64,000 nucleotides of DNA from assembly GCA_963790475.1 (NCBI GenBank), contig CAWBOS010000012.1, positions 192,001-256,000 on the forward strand. Direction: 5' to 3'. The stretch comes from an uncultured delta proteobacterium. Lineage in GTDB: Bacteria; Desulfobacterota; RBG-13-43-22. Of the stretch, positions 61,693-64,000 are shown piece after piece. Below the pieces are notes generated by a model that was given only the letters and a program-made list of their open reading frames with translations, searched no databases and was not told the DNA's origin. The position numbers were made by a program, and so were the translations under genes. Within the stretch, counting starts at the first letter, position 1. The number at the start of each line of letters is the position of its first letter.

Positions 61693-62499
61693 TTAATCTC
61701 TTGCCTCGTTCCCAACTTTTTTAAGGGCTTTTTTAAAATCTTCTTCTCCGGGATAGGCCTCTCTTCCCAAACCCATCATGCTTTGATGGGCCAGGATCAG
61801 ACCCAGACGGCCGCAATCCGGAAGGGGCCGCCCCTTGATCAATCCCGCTAAGAATCCGGCGGCAAAAACATCTCCGGCCCCGGTCGTATCCTTGGGCTGG
61901 ATAATTTCAGCCGGCAAGTCCCAGGTTTCAGCGCCCTGAACTATGAGGGCTCCCGCCCCGATTTTCTTGATAACTAATATTTTCGTGCCGATGGATTGCA
62001 CTGTGGCTATGGCTTTCAGCAATGGGTATCCGGTTAAAATCAGCAATTCTCCTTCGGTGATAAATAAAATACTACAGTGGGAAAGAAGAGGGGTAAGGGC
62101 GATCAATCCCTGCCGGACATAAACTTCACCGGGATCAAAACTGATCCGCATCTTTCCGGACATTTCTCCGGCTAACCGTTCCTGGAGCTTGAGTCCTTCC
62201 CCGGGCAAGGAAGTCAGGTGCATTATGGAAAATGAGCCGATTTGAAAACCCATCTTGGCCAGGCAATAGGAGGCATTGGCCGCACTGCCCCCGCCGCTTT
62301 TGGAAATCAGGCGGGCCTTTTCCTTCAGAATTATTTTTAGTTTTTGAATTTCTTCCGAATCGGTCAACAACCAGGCCCGCCTCCACTTGCCTTCCGGGTA
62401 AAATGGTTGCAGAAAAGAGAGGTCAGCCGCTTCATAGATATAGTCTACATTCAGGGAACTTATTCCCACCACATCCTTCATTCCTGATCGGTTGGTCAT
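61693..62499 (-). CDS. PfkB family carbohydrate kinase (central segment apparently missing)
   Basis: GGSAAN, SFDPG, DTTGAGDVFAAGF. Confidence 0.8.
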   Translation of the reverse strand: MTNRSGMKDVVGISSLNVDYIYEAADLSFLQPFYPEGKWRRAWLLTDSEEIQKLKIILKEKARLISKSGGGSAANASYCLAKMGFQIGSFSIMHLTSLPGEGLKLQERLAGEMSGKMRISFDPGEVYVRQGLIALTPLLSHCSILFITEGELLILTGYPLLKAIATVQSIGTKILVIKKIGAGALIVQGAETWDLPAEIIQPKDTTGAGDVFAAGFLAGLIKGRPLPDCGRLGLILAHQSMMGLGREAYPGEEDFKKALKKVGNEARD

Positions 62500-63602
62500 T
62501 TTAGATATTCCTTAAAGGCAATCCAGTTATGGCGAATGTTTTCGGAAAAATGCCCCTTGTTCCATTGGGCGATCATTTCTTTTCTCTTTCGGGCGGCGTG
62601 GTTTATGCTGTGCCCCAGATGTTCAACCAGTTCTTGCTCATAGTTTTGCAGTGGCTGGAGATTTCTCCGGCGAACAGCCTCGGCCGCCGCCTCGCCGGCC
62701 ATTTCCCCGGAGATAAGGGCATTCCCCACCCCGGCCCCGGTTATGGGGTGACAGGTCCCGGCCGCATCCCCGGCCAGGATCATGTTTTCTTTCCGGACCC
62801 TGGTCAGCCCCCCGACCGGGATTAATCCTCCTCCCCGGCCCATGATCTGATTTTCAACCGACCCTTCGGCCACCCTTTCCCCTACAAATTTTGTGAGGAC
62901 TTCAGGCAATCCTTTATCCAATGCAGGGTCGATTCCCACTCCCAGGTTGGCCATCTCCCCTTTGGGGAAAAGCCATCCATATCCTCCGAAAAGGTAGGGT
63001 CTAAAATAAACCCGGATGTGATCCAATGGCCTATTTAAGGGAACCCGGATCTGGGCGGCAATCAAATAGTTCCCCGGTTCATTCCCCATCCATCGGACCA
63101 CTTGAGAGGAAGGACCATCAGCCCCGATAATAATCCGGCTGGAAATCGTAACCGGTCCATCTTTTCCCCGAGCAGTGACCGTCCCTTCGGTCATGACCTG
63201 GGCCTGAAAACCGGTTTTTATTTCGGCCCCGGCTTTGACTGCCAGATCGGACAGTTTCCGATCCAGCCGATCCCGATGGATCATAAGGCCGGGTGCGGTC
63301 ATTTCATTTACCAATTTCCCTTCAACGTAGGTTTGCATCGACCGGACCGGTTGCACCAGAATTCCGGAAGACTCTAAATCCACATAACGATAGATAGGCA
63401 GAGGGACATACTCAGCACAACGGACAGGCAGACCGACGGTCTCCCTCCGTTCCAGAAGGATGACCTTGAACCCTTTTTGGGCGGCAAACCGGGCGGCGGT
63501 GCTTCCTGCCGGGCCGGCCCCGATGACCAGCACATCACAGGACCATGGTTGATTTTTTGCCATAATTACAATTGATTTGGGTTTTTCTTTGTCGGCATTC
63601 AT
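62496..63602 (-). CDS. Geranylgeranyl reductase family FAD oxidoreductase
   Basis: GAGPAGS, R..LD..L, GADG..S, GYGWLFPK, GDAAG..HPITG.G. Confidence 0.9.
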   Translation of the reverse strand: MNADKEKPKSIVIMAKNQPWSCDVLVIGAGPAGSTAARFAAQKGFKVILLERRETVGLPVRCAEYVPLPIYRYVDLESSGILVQPVRSMQTYVEGKLVNEMTAPGLMIHRDRLDRKLSDLAVKAGAEIKTGFQAQVMTEGTVTARGKDGPVTISSRIIIGADGPSSQVVRWMGNEPGNYLIAAQIRVPLNRPLDHIRVYFRPYLFGGYGWLFPKGEMANLGVGIDPALDKGLPEVLTKFVGERVAEGSVENQIMGRGGGLIPVGGLTRVRKENMILAGDAAGTCHPITGAGVGNALISGEMAGEAAAEAVRRRNLQPLQNYEQELVEHLGHSINHAARKRKEMIAQWNKGHFSENIRHNWIAFKEYLK

Positions 63603-63765
63603 TTTATATGCTTTAAATCAAAATACAATTCTTTTGTGAATTTTTGACAGCCGCTTACTTCAAGATAATCAGGATAGGTGTCGGCAATGAAAAACAGCTT
63701 GTCTTTTCTCTGCGGAATCTGTTAGAATAGTCTTAATTTTGGTCAACCAGAATAGGAGACTGTCC

Positions 63766-64000
63766 ATGAAAACCCTTTCATTGTCAGAGGTGAAGATGAA
63801 ATTGAGTAATCTGGTGGAGGTGGTGAACTCCACCGATGAGGAGATTATGATTACCAAAAACGGGTCACCGGCTGCTGTCTTGATCAGCCCGGAAGAATTT
63901 GAAAGCCTGAAAGAAACCATCGCCGTCAGGTCAAATGCCGAGTTGATGGAGGAAGTCAGGAAAGGCCTTAATGATCTAAAAAAGAAAAAAGCGGGGCTCT
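63766..64000 (+). CDS. Phd/YefM antitoxin (runs off window end; not in ORF track)
   Basis: RBS AGGAG; MKTLSLSEVKMKLS.LV......EEIMITKNG.PAAVLIS.EEFESLKET. Confidence 0.88.
   Translation, partial: MKTLSLSEVKMKLSNLVEVVNSTDEEIMITKNGSPAAVLISPEEFESLKETIAVRSNAELMEEVRKGLNDLKKKKAGL

Noticed and set aside
63669-63920. Minus-strand 83-aa ORF
   Set aside because: Antisense to the Phd/YefM antitoxin starting at 63766.

Overview
The window looks like chromosomal DNA from an anaerobic Gram-negative bacterium. Gene content and repeat style suggest Desulfobacterota/Deltaproteobacteria; this is an inference. Many genes carry 1-nt frameshifts, consistent with long-read or low-coverage errors, so split genes should not be assumed to be true pseudogenes. 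(1) About 0.6-18.3 kb is a defence/toxin-antitoxin island. It holds four TA pairs and an AAA_14-DUF4143 ATPase separated by a re-used modular spacer, and one degenerate attC-like site. It also has a Dam-type methylase-HerA-NurA operon, a SAMHD1-like HD phosphohydrolase, a TIR-domain gene missed by the ORF track, a divergent type II R-M locus and decayed TA genes. (2) About 18.7-64 kb is catabolic/housekeeping. It includes a sulfatase, two tandem QueG/RdhA-like cobalamin Fe-S proteins, a haloalkane dehalogenase, acyl-CoA enzymes, an acetylene-hydratase-clade Mo/W enzyme, a CoA-transferase III pair, and a thiolase with an HMGCS-DUF35 fusion. The intergenic regions hold nested palindromic elements with conserved-loop hairpins and a duplicated promoter-hairpin-terminator motif (candidate ncRNA or attenuator). 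No rRNA, tRNA, CRISPR array, integrase or transposase was seen. The best candidates for an undescribed system are the Dam-HerA-NurA(+HD/TIR) module, the repeat-delimited cassette array and the two structured non-coding families.
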